Positions 1 through 8,238 of a DNA stretch of 50,676 nt are shown here, piece after piece; positions within the stretch are counted from its first letter, which is position 1, and each line of letters begins with the position of its first letter. The stretch covers positions 1-50,676 of the forward strand of contig CAZXPE010000001.1 in assembly GCA_964642915.1 (NCBI GenBank), given 5' to 3'. The notes under the pieces are model-generated. The model saw only the letters and a program-made list of their open reading frames with translations, did not search any database and was not told the DNA's origin. The position numbers and the translations under genes were made by a program. The DNA is from an uncultured bacterium. Lineage in GTDB: Bacteria; Methylomirabilota; Methylomirabilia; Rokubacteriales; CSP1-6.

Positions 1-183
1 GAGCCGGCCGGTCCGCCGGGAACGCCGGCCGAGGGGGCCCTGAGAGGGCTGGCGCAACGGGCGTGGGAGGCATGGCAGAAGGCGCAGGAAGCGCTTCGCC
101 GGGGCGACTGGGGCGGCTACGGCCAGGAGCAGAAGCGCCTGGAGGAGACCCTCAAAGACCTCAGGGAACGCTCGACCCGGTAA
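1..183 (+). CDS. 3' end of a CDS entering from upstream (partial). The tail resembles C-termini of UPF0182-family large membrane proteins.
   Basis: Frame 1 is open from the window edge to TAA at 181-183. The tail reads ...AQEALRRGDWGGYGQEQKRLEETLKDLRERSTR*. The family assignment is from memory of the GDW..Y C-terminal motif only. Confidence 0.45.
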   Translation, partial: EPAGPPGTPAEGALRGLAQRAWEAWQKAQEALRRGDWGGYGQEQKRLEETLKDLRERSTR

Positions 184-229
184 CGGGGATCGGAGATCGA
201 AAACTCGGGCGACCCCCGGACCCCGACGT

Positions 230-2533
230 TCAGGTCCTCGCTCTGAGAAAAAGGGAGAGACCCAGGCCAGTGAAGATGATGTTGGCTGTCCAGGCAGCGA
301 GGAGGGGCGGGAGCATCTCAGCTTTGGCGAAGGAGAGGGCGATCGAGTGGACGAGCCAGTACCCCACGGCGATCGCAACGGCCAGACCGATCCCGACGGC
401 GCGCCCACCGCGCGGGGCCCAAATGGCGAACGGAATCGCCACGAGCGCCATGATCACGTGGACCAGGGGGAAGGAGAGCTTTTCGTAGAGATGGACGAGG
501 TACTTTCCAGCCTGGTGGCCGCTTTCCTGGAGCCGAGCCAGGTACGCTCTGAGCTCAGAGAAGTTCATCATCTCGACTGATTTCTGGATCTGGGTGAAGT
601 CCTCAATCCGCTCGGGAATCTCCAGGGTGGTGAGGCTGAACGGCACCGCATCAATCTGGTCACCGGCCCCGAATTCCCTGAACACGCCGTCCTGAAGCTC
701 CCATCCGCCGACAGTCCATCTGATCTGCCGGGCGTCCACTCGGTTGAGCAGCCGGTAGTCCCTGTCAATCTCCAGGAGCGTCACCCTGTCCATCGCCTGG
801 CCCACCGGATCCAGAAGCTCGATGCGGAAGAAGCGTGTGTCGGCGCTGCGATACCATATCTGGGTTCTCTGCTGGAGGTGGCGCGGCAGCTCCCCCCGGA
901 TTTTGATTCTGTCCACCTCCTCGCCTTTGGCGTTCAGGATCGGCATGAGTGTCTCCTGAAACACCACGGCTCCCAGGCTCACTCCCAGGCTCAACAACAG
1001 GACGGGGAGGCTGACCCGGTACAGGCTGATTCCAGCGGCTTTGAGGGCAGTCAGCTCGTGCTGGCGGGCAAGCGAAAGGAAAAGAAAGATGGTCGCCACC
1101 AGAATCACGAGAGGGAACCCCTTGTAGAGCTCGGGAGGGAGCCTGTAGGCGAAGTGCTCCAGGATCAGGCGGAGGGGCGGCTTGATCCTTAGATACCTGT
1201 CCAAAGTTTGGAGAAGGTCCACGACGACGAAGAGAATGGATCCCACAGCCAGGCCATACCCGATATACGTGAGGTACTCCCGGATCAGGTACCGGTCGAT
1301 GATGTGGGTGGACTCGCGCCGCTTCCTCCCGCGGCCGACGCCCTTCTCCTGGGAGTGCGGCTCGCCCGGTGTCGAGGGTTTGAGGATAACGAGGGCTTGG
1401 AGGCGCCCGATCAGGTCCCCCCAGGTCGCAGGCGCAGTCGTGGCCCGTAACATCGCTCCGCCAACGAGAGCCCCCAGGATGTTCGGGGCCCACATCGCGA
1501 CCCACGCCGGCATGCGGCGGTCGATGGCGATCCCCTCGAGAGAGGTCAGAAGGAAGTAGTAGCTGATGAGGACCGTCAGGCTTCCGGCAAGCGCCACCGC
1601 CCGGCCGCTCCGGCGCGACCGGATACCGAGCGGGAAGCCGACCGCGACGAAGACGAGAGCTGCAAACGAAAGGGCGAAGCGCTTGTGGTACTCCACCTCG
1701 AAGGGCGCCGAGTTCTGCCCTTGGCGCTTCAGCGTTTCGGCGTTGCTCCTGAGCTGCCGGAGAGTCATGTCCTTTTCCGGCTTCACGCGCTTGGCGTCAG
1801 CGCCGAGCGCGCCGTCCAGAGGCAGGACCATGTCGTAGAGACCGAAGCCCGTGTGACGGTACCGGGTCGTGTTCACGGAGTCGGTCTCGTTGATGCTCCC
1901 GTCTATGAAACGAAGGGTGATCTGCCGGCGCTCCTCGTCGGTCAGGAGCCGCCCCTGTCTGGCGGTGATGATCCGGGAAAGCTTCGGGTTCCTCTCGTCA
2001 GAGACCAGGAGCCCCCTGAGCCCCACCTGGGACGCGGAGACCTCCTCGACATAGACCACGATCTGGCCGAAAGTTGTGTTGAACACCCCCTCCTTGATCC
2101 CGGCTGTGGCCCGCGTTTGGAGGATCCTGAAGAGGAGCTGTTGAAACATCCCGTTTGACCAGGGGGCGGCGATGAGGCTCAGCGTTCCGGCGAGGAGCGA
2201 GACGGCCAGGGCGAAAGAGAAAAACGGGAGGAAGAGCCTGAGCGGGCTCGTCCCTGAAGCCTTCAAGGCCACCACCTCCAGGTCGGAGGCCATCCGGCCC
2301 GACGCGATGAGCACGGCGACCAGAAGCGCCACGGGAAGCGTAAGGGAGAGAAACGATGGGAGCATCAGCAGGAGGAGCTGGAGCACCAGCGGGAGCGGAA
2401 CTCCCTTGTTGACTATCAGTTCGGTGAGGCGGTAGATCCGGTCAACGAAGAGGAAGAAGGTAAACAGCCCCACCCCCAGCGCGAACGGGTGGAGAAGCTC
2501 GGCGAAGACGTAACGATCGAGAGTTCTGAACAT
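230..2533 (-). CDS. lptFG: Fused LptF-LptG lipopolysaccharide export permease (two YjgP/YjgQ modules in one ORF)
   Basis: The ORF is uninterrupted. The N-module starts MFRTLDRYVFAELLHPF (LptF-like). A second module starts ..THIIDRYLIREYLTYIGYG (LptG-like) after a basic linker (GRGRKRRES). GGAGG lies 6 nt upstream of the ATG at 2533; the ORF-track start at 2560 is less likely. Confidence 0.85.
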   Translation of the reverse strand: MFRTLDRYVFAELLHPFALGVGLFTFFLFVDRIYRLTELIVNKGVPLPLVLQLLLLMLPSFLSLTLPVALLVAVLIASGRMASDLEVVALKASGTSPLRLFLPFFSFALAVSLLAGTLSLIAAPWSNGMFQQLLFRILQTRATAGIKEGVFNTTFGQIVVYVEEVSASQVGLRGLLVSDERNPKLSRIITARQGRLLTDEERRQITLRFIDGSINETDSVNTTRYRHTGFGLYDMVLPLDGALGADAKRVKPEKDMTLRQLRSNAETLKRQGQNSAPFEVEYHKRFALSFAALVFVAVGFPLGIRSRRSGRAVALAGSLTVLISYYFLLTSLEGIAIDRRMPAWVAMWAPNILGALVGGAMLRATTAPATWGDLIGRLQALVILKPSTPGEPHSQEKGVGRGRKRRESTHIIDRYLIREYLTYIGYGLAVGSILFVVVDLLQTLDRYLRIKPPLRLILEHFAYRLPPELYKGFPLVILVATIFLFLSLARQHELTALKAAGISLYRVSLPVLLLSLGVSLGAVVFQETLMPILNAKGEEVDRIKIRGELPRHLQQRTQIWYRSADTRFFRIELLDPVGQAMDRVTLLEIDRDYRLLNRVDARQIRWTVGGWELQDGVFREFGAGDQIDAVPFSLTTLEIPERIEDFTQIQKSVEMMNFSELRAYLARLQESGHQAGKYLVHLYEKLSFPLVHVIMALVAIPFAIWAPRGGRAVGIGLAVAIAVGYWLVHSIALSFAKAEMLPPLLAAWTANIIFTGLGLSLFLRART

Positions 2534-2652
2534 CCGCTTCCTCCGCTTCTGTTGTACCACAGGGCAGGACGAGATTCAGAATTGTCTGGCCCCGTCTCCG
2601 CCCGCCGCCGCATGCGGGAGCACCTCGTGAGCGCGGGTCCCCTCGCTCGCTG

Positions 2653-2661
2653 TGCTACAAT
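2653..2661 (+). promoter_or_regulatory. Candidate extended -10 promoter (TGcTACAAT) for valS
   Basis: tgcTACAAT at 2653-2661 lies in the divergent lptFG/valS spacer. No good -35 is visible. It ends only 8 nt before the GTG at 2670. Confidence 0.3.
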
Positions 2662-2669
2662 GAATCATC

Positions 2670-5345
2670 GTGACCTCCAACAGCAACTCAGCGATGATCG
2701 ACTTCAGCGACCGTTACGATCCCGCCGAGGTGGAACCGCGCTGGTACCGTCACTGGGAGGCGAGGGGGTACTTTCACGCTGACCCCGCCTCGCCGAAGAG
2801 ACCCTACTCGATCGTGATCCCTCCGCCGAACGTCACCGGCTCGCTCCACATGGGACACGCGCTGAACAATACCCTCCAGGACGTCCTGGTCCGCTGGAAG
2901 CGGATGGAGGGGTGGAACGTGCTCTGGATGCCCGGAACCGACCATGCGGGGATCGCGACCCAGAACGTCATCGAACGGCAGCTCGCCCAGGAGGGAAAGA
3001 GCAAAGAGGACCTGGGACGCGAGGCTTTCATCCGGCGTGTCTGGCAGTGGAGGGAGGAATCAGGCGGCGTCATCATGAGGCAGCTCAAGCGCCTCGGGTG
3101 CTCCTGCGATTGGCCCCGCGAGCGCTTCACCATGGATCCGGGTCTCTCTGCCGCGGTGAGAGAGGTGTTCGTGAGGCTGTGGGAAGAGGGACTCGTCTAC
3201 CGGGGTGATTACATCGTCAACTGGTGCCCGCGCTGCAGCACTGCGCTCTCGGACCTGGAGGTGGAGTACGAGGAGCGGGACGCCCAGCTCTACTACATCC
3301 GGTACGGGCCGCTGACCCTTGCGACGGTGAGGCCCGAGACCAAGCTCGGCGACACAGCTCTGGCCGTCCACCCGAGGGACCGGCGCTACGCGAAATACGT
3401 GGGACAGACCCTCACCGTGCCGTCGGTGGAGGGAACAATTCAGATGAGGGTGGTCGCCGATCCCGCGGTCGATCCTAAGTTCGGTACGGGGGTCGTCAAG
3501 GTGACGCCGGCCCACGATCCCGCCGACTTTGAGATCGGCAAGCGCCACGGGCTCGATGTGCGGCAGGTCATCGGCTTCGACGCCCGGATGAACGAGCGGA
3601 CCGGCAAGTACGCAGGGTTGGACCGCTTCGAGTGCCGGGCCCGGATCGTAGAAGACCTGGAGCGTCTCGGGCTCGTCGAGAAGATCGAGCCGTATCACCA
3701 CAGGGTCGGTGTCTGTTACCGCTGCAAGACCGTGGTTGAGCCGCTGGTGTCGAAGCAGTGGTTCGTGAGGGCCAGGGCGCTGGCCGAGCCGGCCATAAAG
3801 GCGGTCAACGCCGGAAAGATCAAGATCATACCGCGAGGGTGGGCCAAAACCTACTACGCGTGGATGGAGAACATCAGAGACTGGTGTATCTCGCGCCAGA
3901 TCTGGTGGGGACACCGGCTACCCGTATGGTACTGCGATGGGTGCGGCGCAACTCACGTGTCCCGGACCGATCTTACCGTGTGCCCCAAGTGCGGGGGACC
4001 GCTCCGCCAGGAGACAGACGTGCTTGATACCTGGTTCTCCTCGGCTCTCTGGCCGTTTTCCACGCTCGGGTGGCCGGAGGAAACCGCGGAGATCAGGACA
4101 TTTTATCCCACCTCGTGCCTGGTGACGGGATTCGACATCCTCTTCTTCTGGGTCGCGCGCATGATCATGATGGGGATCAAGTTTATGGGCGACGTCCCGT
4201 TCCGCGACGTCTACATCCACGCCCTGGTGCGCGACGCCGAGGGCCAGAAAATGTCCAAGTCCAAGGGGAACGTCATCGACCCGCTGGTGGTCATGGACGG
4301 GTACGGCACAGACGCCTTCCGGTTTACGCTTGCTGCGCTCGCCGCCCAGGGGCGCGACATCCGTCTCTCCGAAGAGCGAGTGGAGGGATACAGGAACTTT
4401 GCCAACAAAGTCTGGAACGCGGCGCGCTTCGTCGTGGCGAACCTGGAAGGGTATGACCCTAAGCTCGCGCGGAACGAGCCGCCCACTCTTCCCGACAGGT
4501 GGATCCTGAGCCGCCTCTCGCGCGCTGAGGGCGCGGTGAGGAACGCCCTCACGGCGTACCGCTTCAACGATGCCGCCGGCGCGGTCTACCAGTTCCTGTG
4601 GCACGAATTCTGCGATTGGTACGTGGAGTGCTCTAAGCTCAGCCTCTACCAGAGCGAGAACCCGGCTGAGCGCGCGCGGACCCAGAAGACCCTTTCGGAG
4701 GCGCTTGAGGCGACGCTCCGCCTTCTCCATCCGTTCATGCCGTTTATCACCGAGGAGATCTGGCAGCGGCTGTTGAAGGCGCTCGGGCGCGACAGCTCCG
4801 CGACGAGCATCATGGTGGCGAAGTTCCCTCGCCAATCGAGGAAGGCGCTCGACCCCCAGGCCGAGGCGGAGATGGGTCTCTTGGCTGAGGTGATTACGGC
4901 AGTCCGGAATATCAGAGGGGAAATGAGGATTCCCCCGTCAGCGACCGTGACGGTTCTCCTCAAGCCGGGGGAGCCGGGGGACGCCGATCTCCTCGTGAGC
5001 CACATCCGGCTGGTGCAGGCGCTGGCCAGGGCTCAAGCGACTGTGGACGCTGTTGCAGCCCGGCCCCCGACATCGGCTATGGCCTTGGCCGGGAAAGTCG
5101 AGTGTTATGTCCCCCTCGAAGGGCTCGTGGACCTTCGGGCTGAGAGCCAGCGCCTCGTTCGAGAGATCAGAAAGGCCGAGGGCGAGATTCGTTTCCTCGA
5201 GGGAAAGCTCTCGAAAGCCGAGTTCAGAGAGCGCGCTCCCTCCCATGTCGTGGAGCGTGAGGAGAGACGCCTCGAGGAGCAGCGGGAGATTCGCGCCAAG
5301 CTGGAGGAGAGCCTCCGTTGGATCGATGAAGCTGCCACCCCTTGA
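2670..5345 (+). CDS. valS: Valine--tRNA ligase
   Basis: Contains YDPAEVEPRWYRHWEARGYF, class I HIGH (SLHMGHALN) and KMSKS (QKMSKSKGN) motifs, and a C-terminal coiled coil. The start may instead be the ATG at 2694 (MIDFSDRYDP..). Confidence 0.95.
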   Translation: MTSNSNSAMIDFSDRYDPAEVEPRWYRHWEARGYFHADPASPKRPYSIVIPPPNVTGSLHMGHALNNTLQDVLVRWKRMEGWNVLWMPGTDHAGIATQNVIERQLAQEGKSKEDLGREAFIRRVWQWREESGGVIMRQLKRLGCSCDWPRERFTMDPGLSAAVREVFVRLWEEGLVYRGDYIVNWCPRCSTALSDLEVEYEERDAQLYYIRYGPLTLATVRPETKLGDTALAVHPRDRRYAKYVGQTLTVPSVEGTIQMRVVADPAVDPKFGTGVVKVTPAHDPADFEIGKRHGLDVRQVIGFDARMNERTGKYAGLDRFECRARIVEDLERLGLVEKIEPYHHRVGVCYRCKTVVEPLVSKQWFVRARALAEPAIKAVNAGKIKIIPRGWAKTYYAWMENIRDWCISRQIWWGHRLPVWYCDGCGATHVSRTDLTVCPKCGGPLRQETDVLDTWFSSALWPFSTLGWPEETAEIRTFYPTSCLVTGFDILFFWVARMIMMGIKFMGDVPFRDVYIHALVRDAEGQKMSKSKGNVIDPLVVMDGYGTDAFRFTLAALAAQGRDIRLSEERVEGYRNFANKVWNAARFVVANLEGYDPKLARNEPPTLPDRWILSRLSRAEGAVRNALTAYRFNDAAGAVYQFLWHEFCDWYVECSKLSLYQSENPAERARTQKTLSEALEATLRLLHPFMPFITEEIWQRLLKALGRDSSATSIMVAKFPRQSRKALDPQAEAEMGLLAEVITAVRNIRGEMRIPPSATVTVLLKPGEPGDADLLVSHIRLVQALARAQATVDAVAARPPTSAMALAGKVECYVPLEGLVDLRAESQRLVREIRKAEGEIRFLEGKLSKAEFRERAPSHVVEREERRLEEQREIRAKLEESLRWIDEAATP

Positions 5346-6117
5346 GGGAACGATTGACCCTTCGCTCTGCCCGCGCCTGGCGGCCAGGCTCCCAATAGGG
5401 GTCATGGGGAGCGCGTTCTATCCATTCCGCTCGCTGGGCTCGACCCAGGATTGCGCCAAGCGGCTCGCCGCAGGCGGGGCGCACGACGGCGCTGTCGTTT
5501 TGGCTGACTACCAGACCCGTGGCCGTGGTCGTTTCGGTCGGGCATGGCTCTCCGAGCCGGGAATGAACCTCCTGATTTCCGTCCTCCTTCGCCCTCGTGT
5601 TCCGCCTGTCCGGCTTCCTCAGCTCTCGCTAATGGCGGCTGTCGCCTCCGCTGAGGCGATCCTCGACGTCTCGCGCCTCGAAGCAGGCATTCGCTGGCCG
5701 AACGATCTCCTGATCGGAGAGCGAAAGGTCGGAGGGATTCTCTCTGAGTCCGCTGGAGGCAATGGCGAAATCGCCTGCGTGGTTGTCGGCATCGGGATTA
5801 ACGTCAACCAGACCGCTTTCCCCGAGGGGCTGGGGGGCCGGGCCACTTCGCTTGCTCTTGAGACTGGAGGCCCGCACGATCGCGAGCGACTATGCGAGGC
5901 GCTCCTCGCCTCGCTGGACCGCTGGTACCGGATATTCCTTGGCGACGGCTTTCCCCCCGTGCGCGCCGCGTGGCGAACTCTGTCGGTCACTCTCGGTGAA
6001 GAGGTGAGCGCCTCCGGCGTGATGGGAACGGCGATCGACCTGGACGAGGACGGCGCCCTCGTGGTTGAGACCAGGTCGGGAAGCAAGGTTCGGGTTCTTT
6101 CCGGAGAACTTCAATGA
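5326..6117 (+). CDS. birA: Biotin--[acetyl-CoA-carboxylase] ligase, class I (no N-terminal HTH)
   Basis: Contains DYQTRGRGRFGRAW and WPNDLLIGERKVGGILSE motifs. I chose the ATG at 5326 (MKLPPLEG..). The long ORF-track extension from 5053 overlaps the valS 3' end in another frame. Confidence 0.85.
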   Translation: MKLPPLEGTIDPSLCPRLAARLPIGVMGSAFYPFRSLGSTQDCAKRLAAGGAHDGAVVLADYQTRGRGRFGRAWLSEPGMNLLISVLLRPRVPPVRLPQLSLMAAVASAEAILDVSRLEAGIRWPNDLLIGERKVGGILSESAGGNGEIACVVVGIGINVNQTAFPEGLGGRATSLALETGGPHDRERLCEALLASLDRWYRIFLGDGFPPVRAAWRTLSVTLGEEVSASGVMGTAIDLDEDGALVVETRSGSKVRVLSGELQ

Positions 6118-7331
6118 TTCAGCTCTCGCTGGATGATGTTCGCGAAGGGATGCGGCTTGGCATTGCCGTCCGCGACCCCGACGGTCGGATCCTCCTGGGG
6201 CCGGGGGTGGTATTGAACCCCACGTACATCTCCCAGCTCCGCCAGCGCGGCTTCTGGGCGGTCTGGATCGAGGACAGCGACACTCAGGACATTCCCTACG
6301 AGGAGAACCTCTCGGAGGCCACGCGCGTCGCCGCTACGACCGCCATTCGGGAGACCTTCGCGATGACCACCCATGAGGCGCGGGAGCTGAAGTCCGCCTC
6401 AATCAAGGAAATCAGGACCATGCTGAAGAACCCGGGGTTTCAAAGGATCTTCCAGCGCCATCCCGTCATTGAAGCTTTGATGGGCCAGGTTGACCGGGTT
6501 GTCGAGGAGGTCATGGGGAGAGAGCTTCTCACGGGGCTCAACTCGATCCGGAGCCACGACGCCTACACGTACCACCACTGCCTGGACATGTCGGTTACGG
6601 GAATCATGATCGGCCGCCAGCTCGGCCTCACCTCTGATCGCTTGAGGGGGCTGGCAGTGGGCTCCATCCTCCACGACATCGGGAAGATCTTCGTCGACGA
6701 CGGCATCCTGAACAAGGGGGGTCCTCTGACCCCCCAGGAGTTCAAGCGGATGAAGGACCACACTGTCCTGGGGTACATTCTCCTCAAGGACAACCTGAGG
6801 CTGGGGATCCTGCCACCCCACGTCGCGTACCAGCATCACGAGCGCCAGGACGGTACCGGCTACCCGCGGGGTCTCACGGGGGCTAACAAGATCCTCCGCG
6901 GCCGCGAGTATACGCCCGGGCGCATCACGCTAATGGGAGAGATCGCCGCCATAGCCGACTTCTATGACGCGTGCATCTCCGACCGCCCGTACCGCAAGGG
7001 GTTCCCTCCCGATCAGGTCTGGCAGATGGTCAGGGATCGCGCCGGGACCCACTTTAACAGGGAGATCGTGGAGGTCTTTCTCACGACCCAGCCTGTCTTT
7101 CCTCTGGGGATTCAGGTCGTGGTGACAGAAGGGCGGCATAAGGGGTATAAAGGAGTCGTGGCCCGGGTGGATCGGCACGTACTGGAGCGGCCTGTGGTCC
7201 GCCTCCTGACCGATCCCTCCGGAAGGCGGATCGACCCGTTCGAGATCGACCTCGCGAAAGACGGGGAGATCCAGGTCCGCGGGATCGTGAGGCCTGGAGC
7301 GATGGCCCCGGACGGCGAAGGCCGCGATTAG
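6114..7331 (+). CDS. HD-GYP domain protein (probable c-di-GMP phosphodiesterase) with a DUF3391-like N-terminal domain and a C-terminal beta-rich extension
   Basis: Contains LHDIGKIFV (HD) and HHERQDGTGYPRGL (GYP) motifs. The N-terminus MIQLSLDDVREGMRLGIAVRDPDGRILL is typical of HD-GYP N-domains. The start ATG overlaps the birA stop (ATGA). Confidence 0.8.
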   Translation: MIQLSLDDVREGMRLGIAVRDPDGRILLGPGVVLNPTYISQLRQRGFWAVWIEDSDTQDIPYEENLSEATRVAATTAIRETFAMTTHEARELKSASIKEIRTMLKNPGFQRIFQRHPVIEALMGQVDRVVEEVMGRELLTGLNSIRSHDAYTYHHCLDMSVTGIMIGRQLGLTSDRLRGLAVGSILHDIGKIFVDDGILNKGGPLTPQEFKRMKDHTVLGYILLKDNLRLGILPPHVAYQHHERQDGTGYPRGLTGANKILRGREYTPGRITLMGEIAAIADFYDACISDRPYRKGFPPDQVWQMVRDRAGTHFNREIVEVFLTTQPVFPLGIQVVVTEGRHKGYKGVVARVDRHVLERPVVRLLTDPSGRRIDPFEIDLAKDGEIQVRGIVRPGAMAPDGEGRD

Positions 7332-7339
7332 GAGAAGGC

Positions 7340-8107
7340 GTGCTGCTCGTCATTGACGTCGGCAACACCACTACCGGGCTGGGAGTCTTTGAGGGCCCCA
7401 GGCTCCTGGTTTCATGGCGGCTGACGAGCAGGAAGGAGCAGACCGCTGACGAGTACGGGGTCTTTATCCAGACCCTTCTCCGCAGCCGCGGCTTCGAGCC
7501 CGGGCAGATCACGGCGGTGGCGATCTCCAACGTGGTTCCGCCGGTGCAGCAGACGCTGGAATGGACGTGCGGGAAATACTTCGGCGTCCGGCCGTTCACC
7601 GTTGAGCCCGGGATCAACGTAAAGATGCCGCTCAGGGTGGAGAACCCCCGCGAGGTGGGCCCGGACCGCATCGTCAACGCAGTGGCCGCGACAGCTCTTT
7701 ACGGGGCGCCCCTCATCGTGATCGACTTCGGCACTGCAACCACCTTCGACTGCGTGAACCAGCGGGAGGAGTTCATCGGAGGCGCCATTGCCCCCGGGAT
7801 CACCGCGGCGTCCGAGGCGCTCATCTCCACGGCCGCGCGCCTTTATAGAGTGGAGCTTGTCTGTCCAAAGGAGGCCATTGGCCGCAATACGACCACCAAC
7901 ATCCAGTCCGGCCTGATCTACGGTTACGCCGGTCTGGTGGATGGACTGGTTGGGCGGATGCGTGAAGAAATGGCGTGCGACCCCAAGGTCATAGCCACGG
8001 GCGGCCTCGCGGGACTGATCCAGGAGGTCGCGCGCACCATCCAGCACGTCAACCCTGACCTGACCCTCGAGGGGCTCAGGTTGATCTATGAGCAGTCGCG
8101 CTCGTGA
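7340..8107 (+). CDS. coaX: Type III pantothenate kinase
   Basis: Contains MLLVIDVGNTTTGLGVF and IVIDFGTATTFD motifs. GTG start with GGAGAAGG immediately upstream. birA/coaX neighbourhood is a common pairing. Confidence 0.9.
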   Translation: MLLVIDVGNTTTGLGVFEGPRLLVSWRLTSRKEQTADEYGVFIQTLLRSRGFEPGQITAVAISNVVPPVQQTLEWTCGKYFGVRPFTVEPGINVKMPLRVENPREVGPDRIVNAVAATALYGAPLIVIDFGTATTFDCVNQREEFIGGAIAPGITAASEALISTAARLYRVELVCPKEAIGRNTTTNIQSGLIYGYAGLVDGLVGRMREEMACDPKVIATGGLAGLIQEVARTIQHVNPDLTLEGLRLIYEQSRS

Positions 8108-8138
8108 GAGTGCGGTCGGGGCGGCCGCGACGTGGGCC

Positions 8139-8168
8139 TTGACAGTCTTCTCGGGCCGCCGGTATACT
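8139..8168 (+). promoter_or_regulatory. Sigma-70-like promoter (TTGACA-N18-TATACT) for the guaB-like/guaA pair
   Basis: TTGACA at 8139-8144 and TATACT at 8163-8168, followed by a leader of roughly 65 nt before the ATG at 8239. Confidence 0.55.
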
Positions 8169-8238
8169 CACTCAAAATATAGTATGGTTTCCCCGGGTGT
8201 TCCCTATATACAGGGTTTCTAGCCGAGGAGAATCGGAT

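Noticed and set aside
63-488. 141-aa plus-strand ORF at the left edge.
   Set aside because: It overlaps the 3' end of the upstream CDS and is antisense to lptFG, with a low-complexity Gly/Arg/Pro-rich translation.
5053-5325. Long N-terminal extensions offered by the ORF track for birA. The same applies to aroA (47650-47808), nlpD (26898-27035), the BFN gene (20626-20784), yjbQ (24870-24980), bactofilin (23926-24075) and the guaB-like gene (8197-8238).
   Set aside because: The extensions overlap the upstream gene in another frame and are low-complexity. Internal starts with SD sequences or 4-nt stop/start overlaps give canonical N-termini.
8169-8238. Purine/guanine riboswitch upstream of the guaB-like gene, and also in the guaA spacer at 9400-9488.
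   Set aside because: The leaders are too short for the three-way junction and lack the conserved loop-loop and junction sequences I remember. They are kept only as unspecified structured-leader candidates.
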